Shown here in pieces: positions 9,331 to 19,606 of a DNA stretch of 45,110 nt. Location of the stretch: sequence record SRR31156797_922, one strand, 5' to 3'. The notes beneath the pieces are model-generated. The model did not search any database and was not told where the DNA came from. It saw only the letters and a list, made by a program, of their open reading frames with translations. Position numbers and translations under genes: made by a program. Within the stretch, counting starts at the first letter, position 1; every line of letters starts with the position of its first letter.

Positions 9331-10836
9331 TCATTGAGAAACAGCATTGTTTTTTATAGCATATTGATAAAGGTTGTCAAATTCGTCACGATTATTTCGG
9401 TGTGCCTCAAATGAAATTATACCGTCCTTCAGGACCAAAATCCTGTCACACATACCGATTAATTCATCAAAACTTGAGCTTATCAAAATTATTCCAGATT
9501 TTTTCCTTATAAGGTCATTCATTAAATTATATATATCTACTTTTGAAGAAATGTCAACACCATGTGTCGGCTCGTCCATTATGAATATTTTTGCATGTGA
9601 AAGAAACCATCTTAAGATTAGCAGTTTTTGGTGAGTACCGCCGGAAAGGCTATAGAGATTATCCTTTTTGGATTTAATATTCATATTAAGTTTTTTTATA
9701 TATTTATTATATAGCTCGGTTTCGTATTTATCCTTAAGCATAAAAGATTCGTTAAATATTTCGTCCAGTACAAATACATTTTGTATGGTATTTAAGTTTA
9801 GGAACAACCCTTCTCTGCATCTATCCTCTGTTATATAGGCAAGACCAAGATTGATAGCATCAATAGGTGAGGTAATTTTTGTTCTTAACCGGTCAATGTA
9901 GAATGTGCCCGAGGTGACAGGATGTGAGCCAAAAAGGGTCTTGGCAAGCTGTGATCGCCCTGAACCAACAAGCCCTGCAATACCTAGAATCTCACCTTGA
10001 TACAGGGAAAGGTTAATATTCTTAAGCAGGTTTTCAGTTGATAAGTTTTCTACACAAAAGATTTCTTTTCCGATTGGTGCGCTTAGTTTAGGATACTTAT
10101 TAGGGTAATGTTGCCCCCAAACCATTTTTTCAATGTTGTCAGAAGTTAGACTCTTGATAGGCATACTATTTATTAGCTTACCATCTCGCATTATTAAGAC
10201 ACGGTCTGCATATTCAGAGATATCTTTTATGTTTTGGGTAACATAAATAATTAAACCGCCATTTTTTTTGAAATCTTTTAAGAAACTAAACAATAGACGA
10301 CTTTCCGGTTTGCCAATACTAGCAAGAGGTTCATCAAGTATGAGTATACGAATGTTTTTTGTTGCAACAACTCGTGCAATTTCCACCATTCGTTTTTGAG
10401 CAAGATTTAGATTCTTAGTCTTTTGTTTGCTTGATAGCGGGAATTCCAGACTGTCAAGCAGCTTCTGAGCCATGACATTTGTTTCTTTTTTATTTCGCAT
10501 TTTAAAAATGCCAAGAGGAGTGTTATTAATATAAATATTTTCTGCGACACTTAAATGATTAAAAATCATTGATTCCTGCTGTAAGGAAACAATACCGCAT
10601 GATAATGATGCGGCTGGGGAATCAGTATTAACCACTTTACCATTGATAGATATAAATCCACTGTCTTTTTTGTATATACCGGATAGTATTTTTACCAATG
10701 ATGATTTACCGGCTCCGTTTTCTCCGAGAAGCGCACAAAATTCACCCTTAAATAGTTTGAAGCTGATATTATTAAGTATAGGAATCCCATTGATTGATTT
10801 GGACACTGAGTCTAGCTCAAGAATAGGGGTGTTCAT
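9331..10836 (-). CDS. Orphan CUT2-type (RbsA/MglA-like) tandem ABC ATPase, partly degenerate
   Basis: 501 aa; Walker A GENGAGKS, Walker B ILDEP, second domain LSGGTHQK and IMDEPTHGVD; H-loop reads YVTQN (His absent). Overlaps the DeoR stop by 4 nt; no permease in its transcription unit. Confidence 0.88.
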   Translation of the reverse strand: MNTPILELDSVSKSINGIPILNNISFKLFKGEFCALLGENGAGKSSLVKILSGIYKKDSGFISINGKVVNTDSPAASLSCGIVSLQQESMIFNHLSVAENIYINNTPLGIFKMRNKKETNVMAQKLLDSLEFPLSSKQKTKNLNLAQKRMVEIARVVATKNIRILILDEPLASIGKPESRLLFSFLKDFKKNGGLIIYVTQNIKDISEYADRVLIMRDGKLINSMPIKSLTSDNIEKMVWGQHYPNKYPKLSAPIGKEIFCVENLSTENLLKNINLSLYQGEILGIAGLVGSGRSQLAKTLFGSHPVTSGTFYIDRLRTKITSPIDAINLGLAYITEDRCREGLFLNLNTIQNVFVLDEIFNESFMLKDKYETELYNKYIKKLNMNIKSKKDNLYSLSGGTHQKLLILRWFLSHAKIFIMDEPTHGVDISSKVDIYNLMNDLIRKKSGIILISSSFDELIGMCDRILVLKDGIISFEAHRNNRDEFDNLYQYAIKNNAVSQ

Positions 10837-11630
10837 TCATTGATCCTCCTATATACATCAAATGTACAGTAGAATTGGATTCCATTGTTAAAAAAATACT
10901 CCTTATACTCTTCAGGCGTTTGTTCGTTGGAAATCAATGTCTTGAATAAACCTATCTGACCTAAAGGTGCGAATGATATCTTATTGAAACTGGTATAATC
11001 ACATACCGCTATACTTTTTTCAGATACATTCATAACATCGCTTGCTATATAGGATTTGTCAATATTATCGACTGTATACCCTCTTTTAATTGATATACCA
11101 TCTACGTTTATAAACGCTATGTTAAAATGCAGATTGTTTATTGCATCCTCTGTGATGCGTCCATGCAATTGAAAATTGTTTGGATTCAAATCACCGCCAG
11201 GGCAAATTACTTTTACCTCAGGAACATATGTTGCAAGATCCATTGCAATCAGCAGGTCTGTTGTGACGACAGAAATTTTTGTTTTGCCTTTAAGTGCACG
11301 AGCAATATAGCGATTTATTGTACCGCTGCTTAAAAAGATAACATCACCATCGTTAACAAAATAACTTGCTATTTCACCAATAACCTGACGCTGCTGGCTG
11401 TTAGGGTCATCTTCGATAAAAATGTTCTTGATTTCTAAAGCAGAATTGTTTTCATTTATAATCGCTCCGCCGTGTGTACGAGTCAGAAAACTCTCATTTT
11501 CCAGTTTTTCCAAATCACGTCGCACAGTAACTTCTGTAACGTGAAGCATTTGACTTAAAGTGAATACATCAACTTGTTTTTTTTCAGATAATATTTGTTT
11601 TATTTTATTTAATCGTTCAGCAGGAAACAT
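10833..11630 (-). CDS. DeoR/GlpR family transcriptional regulator
   Basis: 265 aa; VTEVTVRRDLEKLE...RTHGGA HTH and a DeoR C-terminal sensor domain. Confidence 0.93.
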   Translation of the reverse strand: MFPAERLNKIKQILSEKKQVDVFTLSQMLHVTEVTVRRDLEKLENESFLTRTHGGAIINENNSALEIKNIFIEDDPNSQQRQVIGEIASYFVNDGDVIFLSSGTINRYIARALKGKTKISVVTTDLLIAMDLATYVPEVKVICPGGDLNPNNFQLHGRITEDAINNLHFNIAFINVDGISIKRGYTVDNIDKSYIASDVMNVSEKSIAVCDYTSFNKISFAPLGQIGLFKTLISNEQTPEEYKEYFFNNGIQFYCTFDVYRRINE

Positions 11631-11822
11631 TTAATTGCACCATATTAGTAATTTTTTGTTTATTTGTTTATTTATTATAATATCCTATTTTAAGCGAAAA
11701 ATCAATAACGAAAAAAAAAGAACATTATTATAATGCGATAATAGCCGATTTATTAGCAAATTCATGAATATTATAAATACAAATGTTTGAAATTTAACGA
11801 AAATGTATTATAATTTATTATA

Positions 11823-11851
11823 TTGACATAAAACAATCTTTGTGGTATCGT
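11823..11851 (+). promoter_or_regulatory. Sigma-A promoter of the CUT2 ABC operon
   Basis: TTGACA (11823-11828), 17 bp spacer, extended -10 TGg-TATCGT (11846-11851). Confidence 0.6.
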
Positions 11852-11936
11852 TAAATAAACAAAAAAGAAAAATATAATTAAATAACGCACATGAACAAAA
11901 AATAATCCAATAATATTTAAAGTTAGGGGGAATAAT

Positions 11937-13427
11937 ATGGATAGAATAAATGAAAATGCAGTATTAAAGGTAGAAAATATTTACAAATCTTTTCCTGGAA
12001 CGAAAGCACTAAAGGGTGTATCGCTTGAAATTAAAAAAGGAGAGATTCATTCTCTCGTTGGCGAAAACGGTGCAGGGAAATCTACACTTGTGAATATTAT
12101 CTCTGGAGTACTAAATGCGGATGATGGGGAAGTATATCTTCAAGGGAAAGAAGTTAAATATCATGGACCTAGTGATGCACAGAAGGCAGGAGTCGGATTT
12201 GTTCATCAGGAATTGGCACTTTGTCCACATGTTACTGTGGCTGATAATGTATTTTTCGGACGACTGCCTCAAAAGGGAGGACTTATTGATCGAAAAACAC
12301 TAAATGAAGCTACTAGCAAAGTGCTTGAGCCATTTAAAGCCAATATTCGTCCTGATCAAAATGTTGCTGATTTAAGTGTAGCACAGCAGCAGATTGTTGA
12401 AATTGCCAGAGCTTTGTCTCTTGACTGCAAGATTGTTATTTTTGATGAACCTACATCAAGTCTTAATGAATCTGAAGCAGAATCATTATTTGATATTATC
12501 AGAGATATTAAGAAAAAGGGTATAAGTGTTATATACATCAGCCATAAACTTTCAGAAATCTATGAGATGTGTGATCGTATTACTGTACTAAGGGATGGAA
12601 GGAAAATAGCTACTCATAACGTTAGTGACATTACAACAAAGACTATTATTTCTGAAATGGTGGGAAGAGAGCTTGGTAATTTGTATCCTCCAAAGAGTAC
12701 TGATGTGAGAAAATCACTTATGAAGGCAAAGGGTTTTACGAAAAAGCCGTATTTTAGTGATATATCATTCTCATTGAATGAAGGGGAAATACTAGGAATC
12801 GGTGGTCTGGTAGGTGCTGGACGAACTGAAGTTGTTCGAGCAATATGCGGTATAGACTCTGCAGAAAAAGGTGAATTATATATTCAGGGACAACGGTTAA
12901 AGATTAATAATTATCATGATGCTATACAGAATGGTCTTTGTTATCTGACTGAAGATCGAAAGCTGGATGGATTGTTCCTTGGTATGAGCATTACTGATAA
13001 TATCATTCCGCTTATATTAAACAAAATAACAAAGGGAATGCTGGTACAAAGGAAAACAACTAGTGATATTGCTCTTCAGTATAAGAAACTATTAAATATT
13101 AAGTTTGCAAATCCTGAGCAGAAGGTGGGTAGTCTCTCAGGTGGAAATCAACAAAAGGTAATGATAGCAAAGTTGTTAGCTGTGGAGCCTAAAATTATTA
13201 TTATGGATGAGCCAACACGTGGGATAGATGTTGGGGCAAAATCAGAGATTCACAGTATGTTAAGAGACCTTAGCAATAAAGGAATTGGGATTATTGTAAT
13301 CTCATCTGAAATGCCAGAGTTGATAGGGCTATGTGACAGAGTAGTTGTTATGAATGAAGGTATTAAGTGTGGGGAACTTAAGGGTAGTGAGGTTACTCAG
13401 CAGAATATTATTTCAGCTATTTCTTAA
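11937..13427 (+). CDS. Sugar ABC transporter ATP-binding protein (RbsA-like, CUT2)
   Basis: 496 aa; GENGAGKST, FDEPT, YISHKL, LSGGNQQK, DEPTRGIDVGAK all canonical. Confidence 0.95.
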   Translation: MDRINENAVLKVENIYKSFPGTKALKGVSLEIKKGEIHSLVGENGAGKSTLVNIISGVLNADDGEVYLQGKEVKYHGPSDAQKAGVGFVHQELALCPHVTVADNVFFGRLPQKGGLIDRKTLNEATSKVLEPFKANIRPDQNVADLSVAQQQIVEIARALSLDCKIVIFDEPTSSLNESEAESLFDIIRDIKKKGISVIYISHKLSEIYEMCDRITVLRDGRKIATHNVSDITTKTIISEMVGRELGNLYPPKSTDVRKSLMKAKGFTKKPYFSDISFSLNEGEILGIGGLVGAGRTEVVRAICGIDSAEKGELYIQGQRLKINNYHDAIQNGLCYLTEDRKLDGLFLGMSITDNIIPLILNKITKGMLVQRKTTSDIALQYKKLLNIKFANPEQKVGSLSGGNQQKVMIAKLLAVEPKIIIMDEPTRGIDVGAKSEIHSMLRDLSNKGIGIIVISSEMPELIGLCDRVVVMNEGIKCGELKGSEVTQQNIISAIS

Positions 13428-13453
13428 TTAAAAGTATTTAGGAGGATTTTATC

Positions 13454-14443
13454 ATGGACAATAGGGGTGGAATTTTTAAAAAGATTTTGGGTAGTTTAAA
13501 AGGTTTTAAGGAAATGACAGTGCTTATGATTGTTGTATTGCTCTGCATCATTATATCTTTAATTGAACCAGTATTTTTATCAATTGATAACATTAGGACA
13601 ACAGGGATAGGTCTGGCTTCAGACGGTATTATTGCTATTGGTATGACAATTGCCTTGATTAGTGGCGGCTTTGATCTATCGGTAGGGTCGATAATGGGGC
13701 TTTCTGCAGTATTTACTGCAAGTTTTGCAGCTATGGGTGTAGGTATATGGCCAGCAGCGTTAATAGCATTGATATTATGTCTTTTCATTGGCGCAATTAA
13801 TGGAATGCTTATTGGTAAGGTTGGAATTAACCCGTTTATTACAACGCTTGGTATGATGACTATTGCCAGAGGTGCAGTATATGTATTGACTGAAGGCAGG
13901 GCTTTAAGTATTGGCACTACAAATAATGAATCATTTCGTTTTTTAGGCAATGGAGATTTATTTGGTATTCCTGTAATAATAATAATATTTCTGGCTTTAA
14001 CAATTATTGGTGATTTTCTTGTAAAGAAATCTACGCCATCTATGAAAGTATTTTATGTAGGCAGCAATGAAAAAGCTGCGATTCTTTCTGGAATTAATAC
14101 TAGCAAAGTCAAACTAGTCGTTTATATTATTACAGCGTTAGTAGGATCTTTGGCAGGATTACTTTCACTGGCACGATTTGGTGTAGCAACGGCAAATATG
14201 GGATCAGGTTCTGAAATGCGTGTAATTTCTGCGGCAGTTATCGGAGGTGCCAGTTTATCAGGGGGTGAGGGCAGTGTTCTCGGTACAGTCTTGGGAGTTC
14301 TGATGCTAAACATTATAAATAATGCACTAGTACTATTTAATGTCTCAGTCCATTGGCAGAATCTTATTGCAGGAACTATTCTAATTATTGCAGTAACCAT
14401 AGATGTATTGAGTCACAGGAAAAAGGGCAAAGCATTATCATGA
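13454..14443 (+). CDS. Sugar ABC transporter permease (RbsC-like)
   Basis: 329 aa; GGFDLSVG, NPFITTLGM, VGSNEKAAILSGIN, AAVIGGASLSGGEG. Confidence 0.95.
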   Translation: MDNRGGIFKKILGSLKGFKEMTVLMIVVLLCIIISLIEPVFLSIDNIRTTGIGLASDGIIAIGMTIALISGGFDLSVGSIMGLSAVFTASFAAMGVGIWPAALIALILCLFIGAINGMLIGKVGINPFITTLGMMTIARGAVYVLTEGRALSIGTTNNESFRFLGNGDLFGIPVIIIIFLALTIIGDFLVKKSTPSMKVFYVGSNEKAAILSGINTSKVKLVVYIITALVGSLAGLLSLARFGVATANMGSGSEMRVISAAVIGGASLSGGEGSVLGTVLGVLMLNIINNALVLFNVSVHWQNLIAGTILIIAVTIDVLSHRKKGKALS

Positions 14444-14494
14444 TATTTTAACTGCATTAGCAGTTAGTATAATTAAATTAAGGAGGAGAACAAA

Positions 14495-15547
14495 ATGACT
14501 AAAAGGGTATTAGGTGGTTTATTCGTTATTATTATGGTAGTTGGACTATTAATGTCTGGCTGTGCACAAGATAGCGCAGCAGAAGATACGACTACAACAA
14601 ACAATGATGAAGTAGCTGCCGGAGAGGAAAATTTGTTTACTGGAAATGAGGAGCAGGAATTCTACATGGTTACGTTCTATTCAGGTTATCCATTCTGGGT
14701 AGATTGTTACAATGGATTTGAGGCTGCTGCTGAACTTTACGGAGTGAAGACAGTATACGGCGGAACAACTGAATACGATGTTAATGCAGCTATCACAGCA
14801 CTTGAACAGATTATTGCAAAGAAACCTGCGGGTATTGCTTTGACCTGTATGGATGCAGAAGCATATATCCCATCAATAAACAAAGCGATGGAAATGGGTA
14901 TCCCAGTTGTAACATTTGACTCAGACTCACCATATAGTGATCGTATTTCTTTTATTGGAACAAAGAACTATGAAGCAGGTGCAACAGCTGCACGCTATAT
15001 CGGGGAACAACTTGGCGGAGAAGGTAAGGTTGCAGCGGTAACAAGCATTGGTCAAACAAATATTAAAGAAAGAACTGAAGGCTTTGAGGATACAATAAAT
15101 GCAGAGTATCCAAATATTGAGATTGTACAGATAGTAGACGGCGGCACAGATCAAGTTCAAAGTGCTACTGCAGTTGCTAATCTATTGAAAGTACAACCAG
15201 ATGTAGATTATATGTTCTGTGCACTTGTAACAGCAAGTATTGGCTCTCAACAGGCAATTGCTGAAGCTGGTTTAACTGGTGAGATTAAAATCGTTGCATT
15301 TGATACAGATACTGTAACATTAGATTCAATCAAAGCTGGAGAAGTTGAAGCTTCAATCAGTCAGGCACCATGGTGTATGGGATACTGGGCAATGAATTAC
15401 TTGTACTTCATTAAAAATGGTTTGATTAATCCGGTTGATAATTGGCAGGAAAAGGATTATCCATCAATACCACTTACAGCAGATAGCGGCTCAACAGTTG
15501 TTACAAAAGAAAATGCAGATAACTTCTATACTCCTGAAAGTGAATAA
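14495..15547 (+). CDS. Sugar ABC substrate-binding lipoprotein (PBP type 1)
   Basis: 350 aa; lipobox LMSGC, acidic linker, GIPVVTFDSD, IGTKNYEAG, VAFD. Confidence 0.93.
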   Translation: MTKRVLGGLFVIIMVVGLLMSGCAQDSAAEDTTTTNNDEVAAGEENLFTGNEEQEFYMVTFYSGYPFWVDCYNGFEAAAELYGVKTVYGGTTEYDVNAAITALEQIIAKKPAGIALTCMDAEAYIPSINKAMEMGIPVVTFDSDSPYSDRISFIGTKNYEAGATAARYIGEQLGGEGKVAAVTSIGQTNIKERTEGFEDTINAEYPNIEIVQIVDGGTDQVQSATAVANLLKVQPDVDYMFCALVTASIGSQQAIAEAGLTGEIKIVAFDTDTVTLDSIKAGEVEASISQAPWCMGYWAMNYLYFIKNGLINPVDNWQEKDYPSIPLTADSGSTVVTKENADNFYTPESE

Positions 15548-15564
15548 TAAATCTGTATAATCAA

Positions 15565-15601
15565 TTTGGCTGTCTGATAAACTAGGCAGCCAAAAGTTTT
15601 T
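15565..15601 (+). terminator. Stem-loop after the SBP gene (terminator or mRNA stabiliser)
   Basis: TTTGGCTGTCT-N8-AGGCAGCCAAA followed by AGTTTTT. Confidence 0.55.
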
Positions 15602-15740
15602 ATAATGATGCTTTATTAATATGGATTCAATGAAACTAATTAAGCGAAGTGATTTGTAATAAATAGAATGCTAGATGAACAGCCATTTTATATAAGCGTT
15701 CATTAAAAATAGAAGAAAATTAATTAAGGAGGTATTACAA

Positions 15741-17753
15741 ATGGCAATTATTTCAAAACAAGGCAACAGACTAATAAGAGAATTTGATAGTGAGATACTA
15801 TGGGTAGAACCATGGGGTGCTAATAGTCTGCGTGTAAGAGCGACAAAAAGTGCAGCTATAAAAGAGGAACAGGCTTGGGCATTACTGCCACAAGAAGAGA
15901 ATAATGCTCAAATAAAAATAGATGGACAATGTGCTACAGTTACTAATGGTAAGATTACAGCGAAGTTGGACCAATTTGGTTGGCTTACATACTATAACCA
16001 AAAGGGTGAAGTACTGCTGGAAGAAAGCTGGAGAGTTAAGGATGGCGGCGATAAGACAAGTGCGCTGGAGATTCCCGGAAGACAATTTAAGCCTATTATG
16101 GGCGGTGACTACAATGTTACACTTCGTTATGAGTCCAATGACAATGAAAAAATTTACGGACTTGGTCAAAGACAGGAACGTCAGCTGAATATGAAGGGGT
16201 GTATACTGGAGTTGGCACAGAGAAACTCACAGGCAAGCGTACCTTTTGCATTGTCTAGCTTGGGATATGGATTTCTATGGAACAATCCTGCTGTAGGACA
16301 TGTAACATTTGGAATGAATCAAACAGAATGGCGCGCAGAAGTTACTGATCAAATGGATATCTGGGTTACAGCCGGTGATACACCTGCAGAAATTGAAGAA
16401 GCATATGCAAATGCAACAGGTAAAGTTCCTATGATGCCAGATTATGCAACTGGATTTTGGCAGTGCAAACTGCGTTATAAGACACAGGATCAACTTTTGG
16501 AAGTTGCACGTGAGCATAAGAGGCGTGGATTACCGATGTCTGTTATTGTCAGTGACTTTTTTCACTGGACTGAGCAGGGTGAGTGGAAGTTCGATCCTGA
16601 ATTTTGGCCGGATCCTGATGCAATGGTGAAGGAGCTAAAAGAAATGGGCATTGAACTCATGGTATCTATTTGGCCTACTGTTGATGTCAACAGTGAGAAC
16701 TTTGATGAAATGGTTGAGCGAGGATATTTGGTCAGGACAGAAAGAGCCACTAGAACAAATATAAACTTTATGGGCAACGAATCTTATTTTGATGCCACAA
16801 ATCCTGGTGCTAGAGAATTTGTTTGGAATAAGGCAAAGAAGAATTACTATGATAAAGGCATTAAGATATTCTGGCTGGATGAAGCAGAACCAGATTTAAT
16901 GGGACATTATGACTACGACCATTTCCGTTATCATCTAGGACCAGCAATGAAGGTCAGCAATATATATCCATTCTATTATGCAAAGACATTTTATGAGGGC
17001 ATGGAAAAAGAAGGACAGCAAAACATACTCAATCTGATTCGATGCGTATGGGCTGGAAGCCAACGTTATGGAACACTATTATGGTCAGGTGATGTGCATT
17101 CAACATTTGAATGCTTACGCAGGCAGATGGCAGCTGGTCTTAATGCCGGTATCTCTGGTATACCATGGTGGACTACGGATATTGGAGGATTTACAGGCGG
17201 TAATCCAGATGATCCAAAATTCAGAGAGCTACTTGTACGCTGGTTCCAGTTTGGTCTATTCTGTCCGGTTTGCAGACTGCATGGATTTAGAATGCCATTT
17301 GACTTTGATATTACAGATGCTGCAAAAATGTTTAATAAACCTTTTGGAAGCGGATCTAATAATGAGGTCTGGAGCTATGGTGAAGAAGTTTATGAGATAT
17401 TAAAAGGATACTTATTTGCACGTGAGAGAATACGTCCTTATGTAACTGAGCAAATGAAACAGGCTCATGAAAAAGGCACACCATTAATACGTCCTCTATT
17501 TTATGACAATCCAGATGATGAGACTTGCTGGGAAGTGGATGATCAGTATATGTTTGGCCCAGATATACTTGTGGCACCAGTATTATATGAAGGAATGGAA
17601 AAACGTTCAGTCTATTTACCTAAAGGAAAGCGTTGGGTTGATGCTTATACACAAGAGGTATATGAAGGTGGCTTGACAATTGAGTGCCTAACTCCGCTAA
17701 ATGTCATTCCTGTTTTCATCACTGAAGGAAAAGATATAAAAATCTTTGAATAG
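15741..17753 (+). CDS. GH31 glycosidase, alpha-xylosidase-like
   Basis: 670 aa; GFWQCKLRY, WLDEAEP nucleophile motif, WSGD acid/base, WTTDIGGF, RLHG, DQYMFG; no signal peptide. Confidence 0.88.
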   Translation: MAIISKQGNRLIREFDSEILWVEPWGANSLRVRATKSAAIKEEQAWALLPQEENNAQIKIDGQCATVTNGKITAKLDQFGWLTYYNQKGEVLLEESWRVKDGGDKTSALEIPGRQFKPIMGGDYNVTLRYESNDNEKIYGLGQRQERQLNMKGCILELAQRNSQASVPFALSSLGYGFLWNNPAVGHVTFGMNQTEWRAEVTDQMDIWVTAGDTPAEIEEAYANATGKVPMMPDYATGFWQCKLRYKTQDQLLEVAREHKRRGLPMSVIVSDFFHWTEQGEWKFDPEFWPDPDAMVKELKEMGIELMVSIWPTVDVNSENFDEMVERGYLVRTERATRTNINFMGNESYFDATNPGAREFVWNKAKKNYYDKGIKIFWLDEAEPDLMGHYDYDHFRYHLGPAMKVSNIYPFYYAKTFYEGMEKEGQQNILNLIRCVWAGSQRYGTLLWSGDVHSTFECLRRQMAAGLNAGISGIPWWTTDIGGFTGGNPDDPKFRELLVRWFQFGLFCPVCRLHGFRMPFDFDITDAAKMFNKPFGSGSNNEVWSYGEEVYEILKGYLFARERIRPYVTEQMKQAHEKGTPLIRPLFYDNPDDETCWEVDDQYMFGPDILVAPVLYEGMEKRSVYLPKGKRWVDAYTQEVYEGGLTIECLTPLNVIPVFITEGKDIKIFE

Positions 17754-17929
17754 CACGCTAATGTTATGTATTTGATATTCTGGCTGTGTTTGAATAAATA
17801 ATAATCTGGATGCAGAAAAAATCATGCAAATACAAAGGGATTATGGCAGATTTACAGCTAGATATACAGTTATGAAAAGAAAGTATTTGTGATGTATTAG
17901 GTCACAAATTTAACTCAGTTTCTTTAAGG

Positions 17930-17960
17930 AACGACCACAATTTATTGTGGTCGTTTTCCT
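17930..17960. terminator. Probable bidirectional terminator between GH31 and MocR
   Basis: AACGACCACAAT-tt-ATTGTGGTCGTT inverted repeat between convergent genes. Confidence 0.75.
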
Positions 17961-17985
17961 ATTTCATTCTTTTAAATCACTTTGA

Positions 17986-19428
17986 TTATGTAATATCTGC
18001 GTCAATGGTGAATTGACTTTGTAATAGATTTAGTTTGGATAAGATTTCTGCACTTTTTTTGATTTCTGTCAATGAAAGGTGTCCATAACCTATCATAAGA
18101 TGATGTTTATAATTCTGAGGGAATTGAGTGTGCGGATTTATAGATGATATTTTCAGCCCAAAAGTTTTTAGAGCATTGGAAGTGCTCTCATCAAATACTA
18201 TGTTTTTAAATTTAGCAACTAAATGAATGCCTGCACTGTCTCCCAAAATATTTACATCATCACCGAAGAATTTTTTTAGTTCTTTAACAAGAGTTTGGTT
18301 TTTCTCTTTATATACTTTTTTACACCTTGCAATATGTTTTTCTAAAAGACCCTGTTCAATAAATTTTGCCAGAGTTATTTGCTCGAGGACAGGAGTGTGC
18401 AAGTCTTCCAGATGCTTTAGCTGTTTGAATCGAGAAACTAATTCTACAGGTAAAATTAAATATCCTATACGCAGTGCTGGGAAGAGCAGTTTGCTGAAAG
18501 TTCCTGTATATATAACTTTGCTGCTGTCTAAGGTATGCAATGAATTAATTGGTGAGCCTTTAAAACGGAAAGCACTATCATAATCATCTTCAATTATGTA
18601 TCCATTGGATTTATTGACGAATTCTATTAGCTCCAGTCTTCTCTGAATAGTAAGTATTGACCCTAAAGGGAATTGGTGTGATGGTGTTGTAAAGACCAAC
18701 TTTCCCATTGCATCAGATGGAAGCATATTTGTATTAATGCCCTTATTGTCAACTGGAATAGACAAGATTTCTGCACCAGTTCCTATCAACATTTTATATA
18801 TATCACTATTAATAGGATCTTCTAGTATTACACGGGTATCTTTATCTAAAAGAAGTCTGGACAATAGGGTGAATCCCTGTGCAGCACCGGTTGTTATAAA
18901 TACTTGGTTGGGATTTGCAAATATTCCTCTAGTTCTGTTCAGGTATTTAAGCAGCTGTACTCTTAGCTGATAGCTTCCCTCAGGATTATAGTAATCTAGT
19001 TTCTCAGGTTTGATATGTGCACATACCTCTTTGTATATGCTTCCCCATTTTTTTATAGGGAAAAGGCTGAAATCTGGTGCACCAGTCCTTATGTCTATTA
19101 ATCCGTCTTTGCTGCAGGTTCTTAGTTCTTTATTATCAAAGTTAATAATTTTATTTTGGGATGATTGCTGTTTCGCTGCATTCAGATGTTCAATGTTACT
19201 TATGTAGGTACCAGAACCTTCTATGGAATATACATAACCCTCGGCGAATAGCTGCTCATAAGCTTCTAACACAACTATTCTAGAAATGTTTAATTCTTTT
19301 GCGAGACTTCTTGTAGAAGGCAGTTTCATATCTGCTGTTAGTTCGCCGCCAAGTATACGCCTTTTAATATTCTCGAATATCTGCCTAAACATTGGAATGT
19401 TTGACTCTTTATCAATAGTGATAAACAT
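17986..19428 (-). CDS. MocR/GabR family PLP-dependent transcriptional regulator
   Basis: 480 aa; GntR wHTH (LPSTRSLAKEL...AYEQL.AEGY) plus aminotransferase-like domain (TPSHQFPLG, IEDDYD, GTFSK with PLP lysine). Confidence 0.95.
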   Translation of the reverse strand: MFITIDKESNIPMFRQIFENIKRRILGGELTADMKLPSTRSLAKELNISRIVVLEAYEQLFAEGYVYSIEGSGTYISNIEHLNAAKQQSSQNKIINFDNKELRTCSKDGLIDIRTGAPDFSLFPIKKWGSIYKEVCAHIKPEKLDYYNPEGSYQLRVQLLKYLNRTRGIFANPNQVFITTGAAQGFTLLSRLLLDKDTRVILEDPINSDIYKMLIGTGAEILSIPVDNKGINTNMLPSDAMGKLVFTTPSHQFPLGSILTIQRRLELIEFVNKSNGYIIEDDYDSAFRFKGSPINSLHTLDSSKVIYTGTFSKLLFPALRIGYLILPVELVSRFKQLKHLEDLHTPVLEQITLAKFIEQGLLEKHIARCKKVYKEKNQTLVKELKKFFGDDVNILGDSAGIHLVAKFKNIVFDESTSNALKTFGLKISSINPHTQFPQNYKHHLMIGYGHLSLTEIKKSAEILSKLNLLQSQFTIDADIT

Positions 19429-19606
19429 ATTGTATCCCCTTCGAAAGTGGTACTATCAAAATTGTTGTATACTGGATATACAACTAACCAATTTAGCTGT
19501 TATTATTATATCATAATTTATGTAATGAGATTAAGCGATTTCACGTAATAATCATTTGACTAAACATACATTAGCAGTTCTATGTATATATACAAGGAGA
19601 TATAAG

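Noticed and set aside
11711-11719. A9 homopolymer as a phase-variation site
   Set aside because: Expected in such AT-rich intergenic DNA, and not within a predicted promoter spacer or CDS.
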